In this document: in pieces, positions 1-11,949 of the stretch | Layout: every line of letters starts with the position of its first letter | How positions within the stretch are numbered: position 1 is the stretch's first letter | From: Raillietiella orientalis | Lineage: Eukaryota | Direction of reading: 5' to 3' | DNA: 64,000 nucleotides | NCBI GenBank assembly: GCA_036172245.1 | Contig: JAYWIR010000043.1 | Span: forward strand, 1,364,001 to 1,428,000 | Notes under the pieces: generated by a model | Told to the model about the DNA's origin: nothing | The model's database searches: none | Seen by the model: the letters and a program-made list of their open reading frames with translations, nothing else | Position numbers and translations under genes: made by a program

Positions 1-301
1 CGCTCGCCTTGCCGACGGGCATCAGGGAAACGCGCGTGTTGCCAGGAGCCGTGAGTCTGCTGGTCGGGGCAGGATCACCCTTCCACGGCCGGGGTTTCCG
101 CTGTCTGCTCTCCTGAGCTCCGACGTTTCGCGCGCGTCCAGCGGAAGGTCGGCGACGCTGTCTTGCGGGGAGACCGGCGGATGTCGCGGCTGTTCCGGGC
201 GTCGCCTAGCTGCTCCGCTCGCATTCCTCGAGTCCCCGGCTCTTCTCGGGCTCGCGAGCCCGGGCCCGCAGAGGCTCGGGTCTGCGTTGCCGACGGACGG
301 A
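1..301. repeat. Left arm of a long inverted repeat (partner 6195-6495); truncated by the window edge
   Basis: 1-301 is the reverse complement of 6195-6495 with 3 mismatches counted by eye (positions 42, 79, 169). Confidence 0.97.
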
Positions 302-579
302 ACCCGCGACGCCTTGCCCGTCTTCCCGCGCGCGTCCGTCCATCGAGTGTGGCTGCCGTCGCGTCAAGGGACTCGGGCGTTCATCTACCAAGGATTGCAA
401 TGCATCTCTTCGTTGGACGGTGCTGCGCCGAAGGCGAGCTTTCGCCTCTGGACACTCCTGGATGCATCCCAAAGGATGTGCTCTTTCGTCCTGGATGCAG
501 GTCAGCGTCCTGCAGCGCTACGTCATGCCGTTCTCTTCTCTCACATTGCCGAAGGTCGGCTGCCCTGTGGGTAGACTTC

Positions 580-2900
580 CAAAACCGCCGCGCCATCTTT
601 CCGCAGCGCTGGAAACAACAAATGGAGGCCGAGTCCCCCTGGTGGCGATAAGATTGTTCACCCCCTCGTCGACTTCCCCTCTCCGTTCTGAGATGAGGCT
701 CTCCGGCTCGGAATCCGGAAAATTTCGCAGGGATGAGGACTTTGCACCGCCTTTATCTCTTGCAGCCCACTCAGGGAGCTCCCACGCTGCTGCCGCCACT
801 GCGGGGCGAACAGGACGCAATCCTCGCAATCTTGATGCCCACGCTGCGGGACAGGCTGTACCTGCCTCCTTCCTCCCTCTGACGCGCTCCCGCTCCCGTT
901 TTGTCTGGGCGATCTGGACGCGTGCCACGTTCGCCTCGGCGCCGCTCCACACGCGCCCAACCAGGCGTGGAAGCCGCCCGCAATTGTGGCACCGAGGGGT
1001 CTGGAGGGGGGATCTGTTCCGAGGATCATCCCTAGGGAGGGAATGCGGTAGCCACCGTCCGTCCCCGCCATCTCTCCCGGTCCGCAGAGAAGCCTCCTTC
1101 TTCCGACCAGGCGGCCCACAGCGCCCTTCAAGGAACGCGGGAGCTCCCTGGTGCACACCGTGCATCCTCTCCCACCCCTCCCAACCTCACACGGAGTGAT
1201 CGTTCCCACCCTACCGAGAGGACGCTCCTCGTGGAGGGACCGAGTCCGAAGAAACGGCACCAGTGGTGGAGGTGGACAGTGAGGAGGCAGGCGAGGGCAA
1301 ATGTAAGGGCGGGGCGGGGTTCCGGCGGAAGGAGCCGAGCTCTGCTCCTGGCCGGAGGGCCGGTTGGCTGCGTGCACGCAAAGCGGAAGGGGACGTCGGC
1401 CCTCAAGGCGAGAGCCTCCGTCCGCTCATCGTGACGGGCAGCAGGTGGACCGTACGATGGACCATGCAGAGCGGAGAGGCGGCGGGTGGACGCGCAGCTT
1501 CCGGGGATCGCGCGTGACGCGCCTTCCCCCGCTGTGAGGAGGAGGAGGAAGAAAAAGGGAGGAAGAAAAGAAAGAGAAGTAGGTAAGGAGGAGGAGGATG
1601 GAAGTGGGTGGCTCCCGGCACCAGCTGATGCTCCAGGAGCAGTCGACGCACCGGCTGCATGCTCCTTTCGGAAGAGCATCCACTCCCCCCTCCCCTCTTC
1701 CTTCTACTCCTGCGTGTACGGTACGGTACACTCTTGCTGAGGGCGCAACAAAAAGCACGGATTCTCCCCTTCCCCCATGTGAACGGGTGGGCACCCGGAT
1801 GTCCCTTTAGGGACGCCCCTTGAATTGGCACGTGGATGCGTGTGACTGGGGAGAACACCGAAGGGTCTCCCGTATTCCTGAGTGCTTCCCCCTCCTTTTT
1901 CCCGAGTAGGCGTGGCGAGTTCCAGAAGAGACGGGAAAAGCGCTCGCCCTACGCGCGGGTGGGAAGCCGGACGCGGCGCCACCCTGGCCACTGGCTGCGT
2001 GCAGGGGGAAAGGCCCTTATCGGGAAGCGGGGACAAAGGGCCACCACCTTGGGGGTACACGCCTCTCCAAGCAATCGGGCGGGAAGTGCGACAGCTCGTG
2101 CGCGAGAGGTCCCTCCGCGTGCCTTATGGAAAATGACAGGATGGCGGCTGCCCGGAGGCGACCCAAGTCTAGACGGCGTTGACTCTCCTGGAAAGGCGTC
2201 GCCAGGGGCCCCTCTCACCCGCAGACGAGATCCCGCTGGAAGGGTCGACAAACGGCTCCTAGGCGCAGAGTAGACTTCGCAGCGCTATCGCGCGGGTCAC
2301 AGTCGCACTCCCTACCTCCAGACCGAGGTCAGTGAGACCCCGAGTAAGTCTGGGACCTCGGCGCCCACCGCCAACTCTGTTGCCAGTGGTGCTGCCGGAC
2401 ACCAGGGGCCGCAGCAAGGGTGTCCCCGTGAGGGTGAGATTCGCGGGTACATACCCCGAGGGCCCTCGAACGCCGGCTCCGTTCTGGACGCAGCCGAGAC
2501 CACGCAGCGGATGGGTCGCCAAGCAGCCGGCGGAAGGGCGAAGTCCTGTGAAGATGGGGAGATCCCTTCATCCCTTGCTGCGCTCTGGAAGCAGCGAGGG
2601 GGTTAAGGGAGTCGACCGTCTTCCCGAGGAGGGGCACGACCCATTTTCCTCCTCCAAGAGGGGATCGAGAAACCGCAATTCAGGAGAAGAGATCCTTTCT
2701 ATGGAACGCGCTTCGGGAAAATGGGAGGCACCAGGCGCTTGTCGTCCACGACCGCTGAGCATCTCCCGGATGCGTCTCCCTGATCGTACGCCCCTCTCTG
2801 TTCCCAGAACCCGCTGATCCTTGCCTACCGCCCAGCCAGGGAGCAGCCGGGTGGGATCGCTTAGCAACCGCTCGTGGATTCACGGGTGCCTCCTCGGTAG
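580..2900 (+). mobile_element. Heavily decayed RLE-type (R2/NeSL-like) non-LTR retrotransposon
   Basis: Motif remnants in the expected order across frameshifts: IFPQRWKQ (~595), FVWAIWTRATFASAPLH (~900, WxDxxxAFxSVPH-like), REGMR* (~1035, GMRQG-like), AGEGKCK (~1290), GESLRPL (~1410), RPRVSLGPR (~2335), QGCPREGEIRGYI (~2415, zinc-knuckle-like). Confidence 0.4.
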
Positions 2901-2929
2901 GGAGCTGCCGAAGAAAGTCGTGAGTAGAG

Positions 2930-5013
2930 CGGTCCCCTGCAGCCTCCCTCTTTGCGGCGTCTCCCTTCCAAGTTCCGCCCCTCCTCGGAGGCGGCGCTTT
3001 CCCGCGACTTCCCACGGGAAGAAGCGGCGGCGAGGGATGTCCTCGGCCCTCCTCCTTCGCCCGTCATCGCGGCCTCCAAGACCGGCCCGCAAAAGAGCCC
3101 TAAGGCAACCCCTTCTCTCCTACTTCCTCTTCTTTTGCCCCCTCTATTTCCTTGCTCCCCCTCGGAAGATCTTCCGCAGCATCCCGTCGCGCCCTCCTCC
3201 GAACGAGGCATGGTGACAACGAGGTTCCCGGCCATTCTTCAGCTGAGCTGCTGTCCCTTCCGAGCTCGGGAAGGGAGGGGAGGGAGTTCCTTCCCTGCAT
3301 TCCTTACTGCTGAGGTTCCTTCCTTTCCGGCACCATCGCAGCAGCGCATCCCTTCGGGAGCACCAGGTTCCTGGACGCAGAGAGGGGAGGGGGAGAATGC
3401 ACGAAGCCTTTTCTTCTTCCTTACCCTGCCTCGGTCCTCCTCGGCCCTCGAGGGGGAAGATGGGCGGAGCAGGAATGCTAGGAAGAGCGAGCCAGAGGAA
3501 AGAGAAAGGCAGGGGAAATAAGGGTAGGCGAAATCATATATTGGCGCCACATGCTGGCCTCAGACCCCGTCCCATCCGTTGCACCCACTTCCCGATGCCA
3601 CCTCTTTTCCTCTCCCAGATGTCGCTTCATCCTCTGGAGACTGAAGAAGCAAGGGCTCCCGAGAGCTCTGGGAGCGAGTGCCGGGTGTGGAAGCGCTCAT
3701 GCTTCCATCTCGCGTTTAATGTGGAAAGTAATATAGGTGAACGGAGAGCGCAGAAGAGGGTGTAGACGTGGCATTCCTGTCGAAAAATGCCGTTCTCCTC
3801 CCCTTTCGGTGGGGCCGCGTACGCGGCCTTGCAGGAAGCAGGACATACTGAGGGGGAGGACGAGGTGGCGGACGGAAGCAGTCAGTGGCATTTTTCCGGA
3901 GCCTGTCACTTCTTCGCCAGTCGATTCCCTCCCGAGGACATGAGTAGCCCCCAGGAATGGGCGGAGAACAGGACGTCCCCAACTCTTGGCCCCCAGAAGA
4001 ACCCCCTGTAACACCCTCCTCCTCGCACTCGTTCTGTGGAAGCTATCAGGGAATGAGGGAGCTGGTGATCTGGAAGCCCCCCAAGGATGCATGGATGGAA
4101 AGGAGGAAAAGAGGGAAGCGACCTCCCGCGGTCACTGCGGGATGCTTCCGAGGCAGCCACCTCCTGTCTTCTGAAGAAAGGGGGTTCCTCGGCGAGGGAG
4201 GCTGCATGTAAGAGGACGCGAAAGTCTCGAGGGAAGGGAAGGTGACCCGAGACTCGCCGCTCCCTCTCGTCTCTCCGGGAGCAGACGCTGCGGAGGCCAG
4301 GACACTGGTGCGGAGGAGGAGAGGGGGGCGGATCCTCCCCTCCCCATCCTCTCGCGCTCTGCCCGTCGCCGCGGGGCGTGAGGAGCACGTCATGAGGTCC
4401 CTCGCGCCTAAGCTGGCGGGCGCTGCAACGGGGAGGCGGAAGGAGCAGACGCAGGGGTCTCTTTGATCGTTCCTGGGAAAGGGTTTGCGTCCCTGAGGGT
4501 GGTCTCCGGCGTGCTGGTCCGCTCTCGGAGGCCCGGTCACCCTTCCCCGTGGCGCATCGAGTCCCCTGACGCGTGCGGGCCGACCGGCGCGCTACAGGAC
4601 CGTCCGGCGGGTGGGGAGGAAAAGTGGGAGGGCGAGGGGCGCTTCATGGCGCTCCTCCCGAAGACACAAAGAGGGGAAAAGGGGGTGCCGCAGTGAAGTA
4701 CCTGCAGCCGCCGCGAACGAGCCTCAGGGGTTCTGGGGATTCCTCCATGTCGTCCCCTTCGGGAGAGGAGGCTCGTGAAGCACCCGGTTCTGTTCACCTC
4801 GGGATAAGAACCGTACTGCAAGGTTATACTGACGCTGGGAAGGGAGTGGGGAGAGGCAGCCTGATGGGGGAGGAGGGAGCGAAGGCGGGCATCTCCATTC
4901 GTCTCGACTCCCTTCACGGGAGCTGCGCAGTCCCGAGCCTCGCGCCGAGCGTTCGTGACGTCATCGTCGCCGGCGCCGTGTCCTTGATGCGCGCCGCCTT
5001 TCCTCCCTACTGA
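2930..5013 (+). mobile_element. Decayed DIRS-like retroelement (RT?-RNase H-methyltransferase-tyrosine recombinase order)
   Basis: SLPLCGVSLPSSAP (~2940, LPFGLxSAP-like); HTEGEDEVADGSSQW (~3845, HIxGxxNxxADxLSR-like); NP..TLLLALVLWKL..LVIW (~4000-4070, DIRS MT-like); YR remnants KGFASLRVVSGVLV (~4480), ALLPKTQRGEKG (~4650), DSLHG-fs-LRS (~4910) and terminal PPY* (5013). Confidence 0.45.
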
Positions 5014-5560
5014 CGCCACCCATAAGGTCCCTCGGAGAGAGTCTCAGGGACTTCTGCGACTCTTGCTCTGCCCTCCTCCCTGAGTCGACGGGGGGCAGCC
5101 TTTCCTGAGGCGGGGAGAAGCTCCGCTGCCCCGGGGCATATCCGTGGCTCGTGAGGTGAGGGGCGAGCCGCTCCGGGAAAGCTGCATTCCGGTTTCCAGG
5201 AAGAGGGCAGTTGCAATCCACTGGCTCCCGGCTCCTCATCAACTTCCTGGTCGTCTCCACGGCCCACCCTGTCACGCATGTGTGGTCCCATCCTCCCCCC
5301 CCCCCCCCTACGAAGCGCCGTACCGGGTCGCCACCACGGACATGGCGGTAGTCCTTCCGGGAAAAAGCTCCTCCCTGGTGGGAGCATTCCGCCGGACGAG
5401 GCGCCTCCGCCCCGCGCGAGCGACGTTGCCGGGAGATGCCCCGCGCGGGGACCCCTCGAGTGCGGCGCCTCGCCTCTCCAGCTGGTGTGCGAAATTCCTA
5501 AGACTCACAAGAATGCGGTAGCAGCAGAAGAGAAGGGCATCCTGGGGGCACTTTCCGTGA
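5010..5560 (-). mobile_element. Second decayed DIRS-type tyrosine recombinase, convergent with the first
   Basis: Minus-strand remnants ATAFL*VLGIS (box I, AFxGxLRxSE-like, ~5520-5490), GDPVRRF (~5325, CPV-like), LTSHG-fs-PGAAELL..G..REEGR (~5155-5070, HxxRxGAA..GRW-like). Confidence 0.45.
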
Positions 5561-6194
5561 CCCGCGCGGGGAGTCCCGTCTCGTCTCTCGTGGCGACCGC
5601 CTCAGGCCAGCGGCAGCAGGGAGTGCCGGGTGATGGCAGCGCGTCCGGGCCGTGTTCCGAGGTCCGTCGCAGCGCAAAGACATCTACATGCGTCCGAACG
5701 GCGAAGGATCGATTCGCGCAGCCCAGGATCTCCCCTTCGCGGACTCCGGACAGTCAGGGGTCAAGTGCGAGGCACGCCCCCGACCTCACGAGACGGCGGG
5801 AGGGCACGAGAAGAGGGTCCGCTTCTCTCTCCTCCTCCCTCCCTTCTGACGTCTCTGACGGGTCCCCTCTGCGTCTGTTCCGACCGCCATCGCTCCTCTC
5901 GCCCCTTTGGTGCTCCCCGATCCCAAACCACGGCTCTTCCTGAGCGATCGCGCGCGCCGAGCCAGCAAGGAAATAGGCGGGAAGTCGGTCGGTCGTGTGC
6001 TCGGCTCCAGCGGCGTCAAGGGACGCCTCCATTGTCGTGGCCGGCGCGCGACCTGACCTCTTGCCGCGAAAAGGAGAAACGGCTCCCCGCACGCCGGGGA
6101 GCCGGCGGTGCGCCGCAACGTTCGACGCAAACTCTTCGCGCTCGAAAACCCGACGGAGGAGGCGCGCGGGGAGGGAGGAGGGATGAACGAGCGC

Positions 6195-6495
6195 TCCGTC
6201 CGTCGGCAACGCAGACCCGAGCCTCTGCGGGCCCGGGCTCGCGAGCCCGAGAAGAGCCGGGGACTCGAGGAATGCGAGCGGAGCAGCTAGGCGACGCCCG
6301 GAACAGCCGCGACATCCGCCGGTCTCTCCGCAAGACAGCGTCGCCGACCTTCCGCTGGACGCGCGCGAAACGTCGGAGCTCAGGAGAGCAGACAGCGGAA
6401 ACCCCGGCCGTGGAAGCGTGATCCTGCCCCGACCAGCAGACTCACGGCTCCTGACAACACGCGCGTTTCCCTGATGCCCGTCGGCAAGGCGAGCG
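6195..6495. repeat. Right arm of the inverted repeat (partner 1-301); may extend further right if the left arm continues outside the window
   Basis: Direct base-by-base comparison with 1-301. Confidence 0.97.
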
Positions 6496-7249
6496 CGAAA
6501 CCGCGTCCTGTCGATCGCCGCCGGTTCGGAGCGCACGTGCCGCACGCCGTCGAGTGTCCGAGGATCCTCGTAACCGGCGAAGATTTCGCGGAAGAGCTCG
6601 TGACCTCTCGAGAGGCCGGCCCTTCGTGACGTCCGCCCGCGGGCACTTTCGAGTCGAAGGCGAAAGAGGCCGTGGGCGGAGCTCCAGCTCTTTCGGGGTG
6701 CTGACATCCGGTGTGCGCAGCGGGCGTGGACGGCGTCACGTGCCCTGGAGCTTGCCTTGGGCAGACGAGACGCTGCGCGTGGAGCTGCGGAGGCGGTGCT
6801 CGAGGAAGCTGCATCCTGCCAGGTGGCCTTCGCTTTCGAAGTGGGCAGTCCGCGCTCGCTCGCCCTTCCTCCGCCGAGGAGGCACCTCGCCGGCTGGCAG
6901 CCTCAACCGGCGGTGCCGAGGCGATTCGCGTGGAGGAGAATGGACTGCCTTCGCGGTCGGCGCGTGCTCTCTTGGCACGCCGGCGAAGGTGGCTCCTGCA
7001 GCCAGGAAGCGTGGCGAAGGTGTAGGCTGCGAGTGAAGAGCGACCAGTGCAAGCGTATCAAGCAAGACGGCTTCGATCCGGAAGAATGGGATGACGGGTT
7101 TTCAGCGTCCAGGAGCATCCTGCTTCGCGCGAAACGGGAAGCGGGATGTGTCCGTGTCGTGTCCGTGCCGTCGTAGCTTCCTGTCGCTGTTGCCTAGCGA
7201 ACCATACGGTGGAAGGTCACGGAACGGCGCACGTCAAGGAAACGGTCTG

Positions 7250-8760
7250 AGTGCGGTCCTTGGTGCGTCTGACCCAGCGACAGAGTTCGGCCCAACCTGG
7301 AGCAACGTCTGTGTGCCCGTGGGCAACGTTCGATTCAGGGCAGCAGGGCGACCACGTTTCGAAATTCAACCGAGATGCGCAGAGAAAAGCACCGCTGCTC
7401 CGAGGCACCTTGAAAGGTAGTGCCCGCGCTTCCACTTTCTTCTTGCCGCCAAGCACTCAGGTGCGAGTGTCGGACGCATCTGCACATCGACATCACTGGA
7501 GAACACCCTGCTTGCGAGGAAAGCGCGCGTCGCAACCCTGGCTGAAGGGCCTCACTGCCCGTTTGCCATAAAATTATGATGATGACGAAGGCGACGACGT
7601 TACCGAGTGAAGCATGTTTTCTAAGCGGACCTCACCGCGATCTTCGATTAACAAGAGGAAGAAGTGGGGACCGGATGTGCGGTAAACACCTTTCACGGTG
7701 CCTCGGAGCAGTGGTGCTTTTGCGTTGGTCCCCTATACACGAAGCGCCTCTCTGCGGCCCTGATCGGCGACAGAGGTCCCCAAAGCGCACTCGCGCGCGC
7801 TAGCGGCCTGACTGAAGAGCGGAAACCCTAAGGTGAGAGTCCAAGAAGCAGCTTCGGCTCTTCGTCGGAAAGCGGAATGGGGACTGAAGACCTTTTTCCG
7901 CCAAGGAGAATTCCTCTGGAAAACTTCCGGAACGGCTTGGCCCCGACCTGATCTCCACGGGCGAGCCGGGCTGCCCGGACGGGATGCGGGAGGAGGGGAA
8001 GGGACAACAGGCTCTTTCGGAGCTTTGTTTCTACACATGGGAATGGATGTTCCCCGCTTAGAGACTGGAGAAGAAGCGAGCGCATACCCTCGGGTTTCCG
8101 CAAGCAGCAAGTGGAGCAATCTCCCGGCTTTTGGAAATTTACGGCCTTCCCCTACCAACCAACTTCCCAGTAAGTCCACGTTGTTCGGGTGCCGCTGAGA
8201 GCAGCCGGAAGCTCCGAGGAAAAAGAAACTAGGGATCCGGGAGCACAGAAGTGTGGAAGGACGGAAGGTCGAGCTATCGAGGGATGGCGCGAACGTCTGC
8301 AGCAGCGTCCCCTGGCAATCCTCGATGGCGCGTCGGCGGAAGTGCTCTCGCGGGAACATTCGACGGGAGCTCGTCACGCTGCCTCACCCACGGATCCTGC
8401 CGTTCGGACCCTAGGATTCTCAAGAATAGATCCTATCATTGAGCTGATGGACTGATCGAGGAACGGAGAGTTTCGCTGAACTCAGCGAGACCGTGGTTTC
8501 TATCCTGAGGGCGTACAAAGGAACGCGAGGGAAAACTCCAGACCGATGGGCAGCCTGGAACCACGGGAAGGGAGAACTGCCGCTGTGGAAGGCCAACAAA
8601 CCACCAGGCGGTATTGTCAAAGAGACTGCACACTCCAGCCACTCTTCGCTCCCCCCTAACGGGATGGAGGACTCACATTTGCGGTCACCCTAGACTGACT
8701 AGGGTCTGGAAGTGACCTGCAAAAGGTGAAGCGCAAAGGCACATCGCTCTGGAAGGAAAA
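7250..8760 (+). mobile_element. Decayed non-LTR RT fragments (L1/Tx1-like)
   Basis: WATFDS (~7320), FFRQGEFL (~7895), NQLPSKSTL (~8160), VRTLGF (~8400), LFAPP*RDGGL (~8640-8675), the last matching LCAPRRDGGLGL in the copy at 61.8 kb. Confidence 0.45.
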
Positions 8761-9002
8761 GACCGTCGGACCAATCACTCGTTCTTCGATGCACACGGAA
8801 AAGAAAAAAAAACTCGGATAAAAAAAAAAAAGAAAAATTCGAGGATGGGCTGGGCTCTCTCCGTGGAAACCGAATGTAAATGTACACACACCACGTTCAG
8901 GAGTTTGCATATTTCTTTGCAATGTACGTGTTCCAATGAGTTTGTACAAACACTCTGCAAAGAGACTCTGAGTCTAGCGCGCACTGCTGGGCTCTGATCT
9001 GC

Positions 9003-9300
9003 CTAAGGGGCTTCTGGATGGCGCGTTCGAGCGTGAGTCACCAATCCACACGCTTCACACCTCAAAGGGAGATCAAGTGTTTCCTGCACCTGCGCCCGGA
9101 TCGGGACCTCCTCCACGACGGGGCAGGTTTCAAGAGAGGGATTTAAGGAAGTGGACCAGAAGCGTGGATCCAACCGAGACAAGAGGATGACACGCACCCG
9201 TGTGCGTGCCCATGCGTTCGACACTGCTGGGCTCCGGGACTCTCCGGTCTGGACGCTAGATAGGTTGCGCTGGCAGTGGTGCAAGAGACACGCGGGCACG
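9003..9300 (-). mobile_element. Possible non-LTR C-terminal zinc-knuckle fragment
   Basis: TCPVVE..QETLDLPLRCEA..ARTRH resembles a decayed CxxC..ET.xH..C..RH motif. Confidence 0.3.
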
Positions 9301-11949
9301 GGAGCTCTCCCGGGCGAGCCAATGGATCCTCCCTACTTCTGGCGTCCACGGAAACGGAAGCAGGTCCCGCATCGGTTTCCTCAGACGCCGTCGCACAGCA
9401 AAATGAAGCAGCGTAACTCACTGTAACAGGGCCGTCGCCCCTTCCCGCTTCCTCTTCAGCTCAGCACACATCGAACACGTGACCTTGCATTGGTTGCCTT
9501 ACAGAAGGAGGGTTGCGGATTTCTACCGTTACGTAGGTAGGGATCAGATGCGAGATCGGAGGGTTAAACGCATTCCATCGGTGGTGCCTGCTGCCAAATT
9601 GAGAAAGTGCTTTGAGCTGTAATGCGTTGACCGCGGCTCGAAAGGAGCATCACCTGGCACGCAATAGGAGGAGAGTTACGCAAAAGGTCCTCCTTCTTCG
9701 GGGAGAGGCACTGGGAAGCCGATTTCTTCTTCTCTTCCTCTCTCTCTCTCCGCTTTTGATTAGACGGCTAACCGGGAACAAGAGTGACAGCAGGTGGGAA
9801 ACTTGTGAACGCAGTGAGGCACCAGTCGGCACCATTCCCAAGAGGCAGCCACGGCCTCTCGTGCTCACGTGCAGCAGTTCGCAGATGCCGGTGTTCCGCG
9901 CTGGCACGCTGCACCGGCCTGGTACACGTGTACCTTTGCGACCACACTTTCCTCGCGGCAACGGCAGAGCTGCCAGCACGCCGACCGCACTTGAGAGCGC
10001 AACGCCGCGCATCAATGACTCCCACGTCACGACGGAACCCCGCAACCTCTCAGCGGAAACCAAGGCGACGAAAATCGCCGCGAAAGCCAGAGGTTTGCAT
10101 TCCTTCTCCCTCTACCTCTCTCCCTTCAAACAGAAACGGGTTGCGCTGCGAGCTTTTCGAGCACCCGCTGCCTTTCCCTCTGCCGTCCTACTTGCTGTGC
10201 TTTGTGCTGGAGAAAAGGGAGGCGCCAGCGTCCCGCCAGCACGCTCCTCGTTTTCCTTTTTTGATTCCGTGCCCGTTGGGTGTGCGTGCACGAGCGTGCC
10301 ATCCTCATCCCGCTCCCCCCCATCTCCCTCCCGGCGCCGGCTCGCAAAGGAGCTCCCCTTACCTTTTGGTCCGACGGCTGGAACTCAGCGGCAGGCCATG
10401 GTCTTGGGTGTTTCCTCTGCTGTTTCCGGAGCTTTTGAGACACGCGTTAGGCGCTCCTCCCGGTTCGGCGATAAACGAGCGGGTGCAGGTGTCTGTCTCC
10501 CGGTGCTGGTGCTGCTGCTGCCGCCGGCTGCTTCGTAGCATCACCGCCCGCTCTGCTCTTTGCGGGGTCAAGCAGGTGCGTGCGTGCGGGAAATCCGCAC
10601 TTGCGGAGAGGTGACGCAACAGCGAGGGAAAGGAGGGGGAGGGGGATCGCAAGGAAGTCCTGACTCCCGTGTTCAGGTCGAAGGCGGAAGAGTCGCTGAC
10701 AAAAAAAAAAAAAAGGTGAAGGAGAGGATAGCTTTATTATATATTTCTTTATTTGTCGTTGCAAGAACGGAGCGTGGAGCTGTTGTGGGTTTTTTTTTTT
10801 TTCTTGGTCGCTCTCGTCCTGGAGAGACGCGAGGGAAGGGGAGAGATGGGGGTTGAGGAAGGACGGAAACTGTGGCCCCTAACAGCCCGCAGCCAGCCGA
10901 TCCTGAAGATGGTGGACAGAGATGCGAGAAACGCACGATGGCGGTACAGCTAAAGAGGGGAGAGCAGCACCGGAGCGTTCCTTCCAGGTTGGCGGCTACT
11001 TTCCCCTCAGGAGACTTCCTCTCCTTCTCCCGAAGACCACGAGAAAATGAGATCGAAGCATCCTTGGCCCTCCTTTGCACCCCTCTTTCTCTCGTCTTCC
11101 CTTTCTCCCTCCCGCTGGTCACGGCCGAGCTTTGTCAGAAGCCCCCTTTAGGGAACCGCCACTCGCAACGGCCCTTGGGGGATAGGGGAGAGGGAAGATG
11201 CTCGGTCCCTTGCGGACCGTAGATGCGGCGTGGCTCTCCGCCCTTGGGGATCCGAGGACAAGGTTTCCGAGTTGCCCGGCGGAATAGATCTCCCACCCTC
11301 TTCTGCCATTCGCACTTCCTGGTCTGCATCCCCCTATGGGACCCACCTCAGGGTGGAGTCTTGAAGGTCTTCGTTACAGCCGTTTGCCAACCGACGCAGC
11401 TAGAGGACTGAGAGGAAGATGCCGCCGTGGTGCGGGAGGTTAGAGAGAAGTGGTCGAAAGACAAAAAGTTGCGCTGTGCCTCGAGAGAAAGAGAATATAT
11501 GTATTAAATTTAGCGCAGCTCCCGTCGCTCTGGGGCGGGGTGGGTTGAGCGCACTTGGAGCGCGAACACCTAAGGAACTCCTCCTGCTTGTGCAGGATGC
11601 GGGAGCGGCGAAGCTCCCGGCGGCTCCAGGTGACCGCATCTTTCCTGCCTGCTCCGCCGATCGCCGCTTCCGGAGGGGGAGGACAGGCATCTATTCCCTG
11701 CAGAGTGGGGAGAGGCAGCAGAGAAGGCACTGCACGCGGCCCAGCCTCCAGGAAGCCCGTTCTGGCAAACGAAGGGGGCGCGGGCTCTCAGACAGGGAAG
11801 CCTCTACGAAGTTCTGGACGCAGCGAGAGGGTCGACTCCCGGATACCCTGTCCTTGGGTGTCTCTTCCTTGAACGGACGATGTCAGAGGGAACAGCGAAG
11901 GACCCAGTCTCTCTGGATCCTCAAGAACTTGCTAGAAACATCGGTGCTC

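Noticed and set aside
4810..5013. YTDAG..IRLDS..VIVAGAVS read as an RNase H domain
   Set aside because: Upstream box I and K motifs and the terminal Tyr fit a tyrosine recombinase better; ambiguous without an HMM search.
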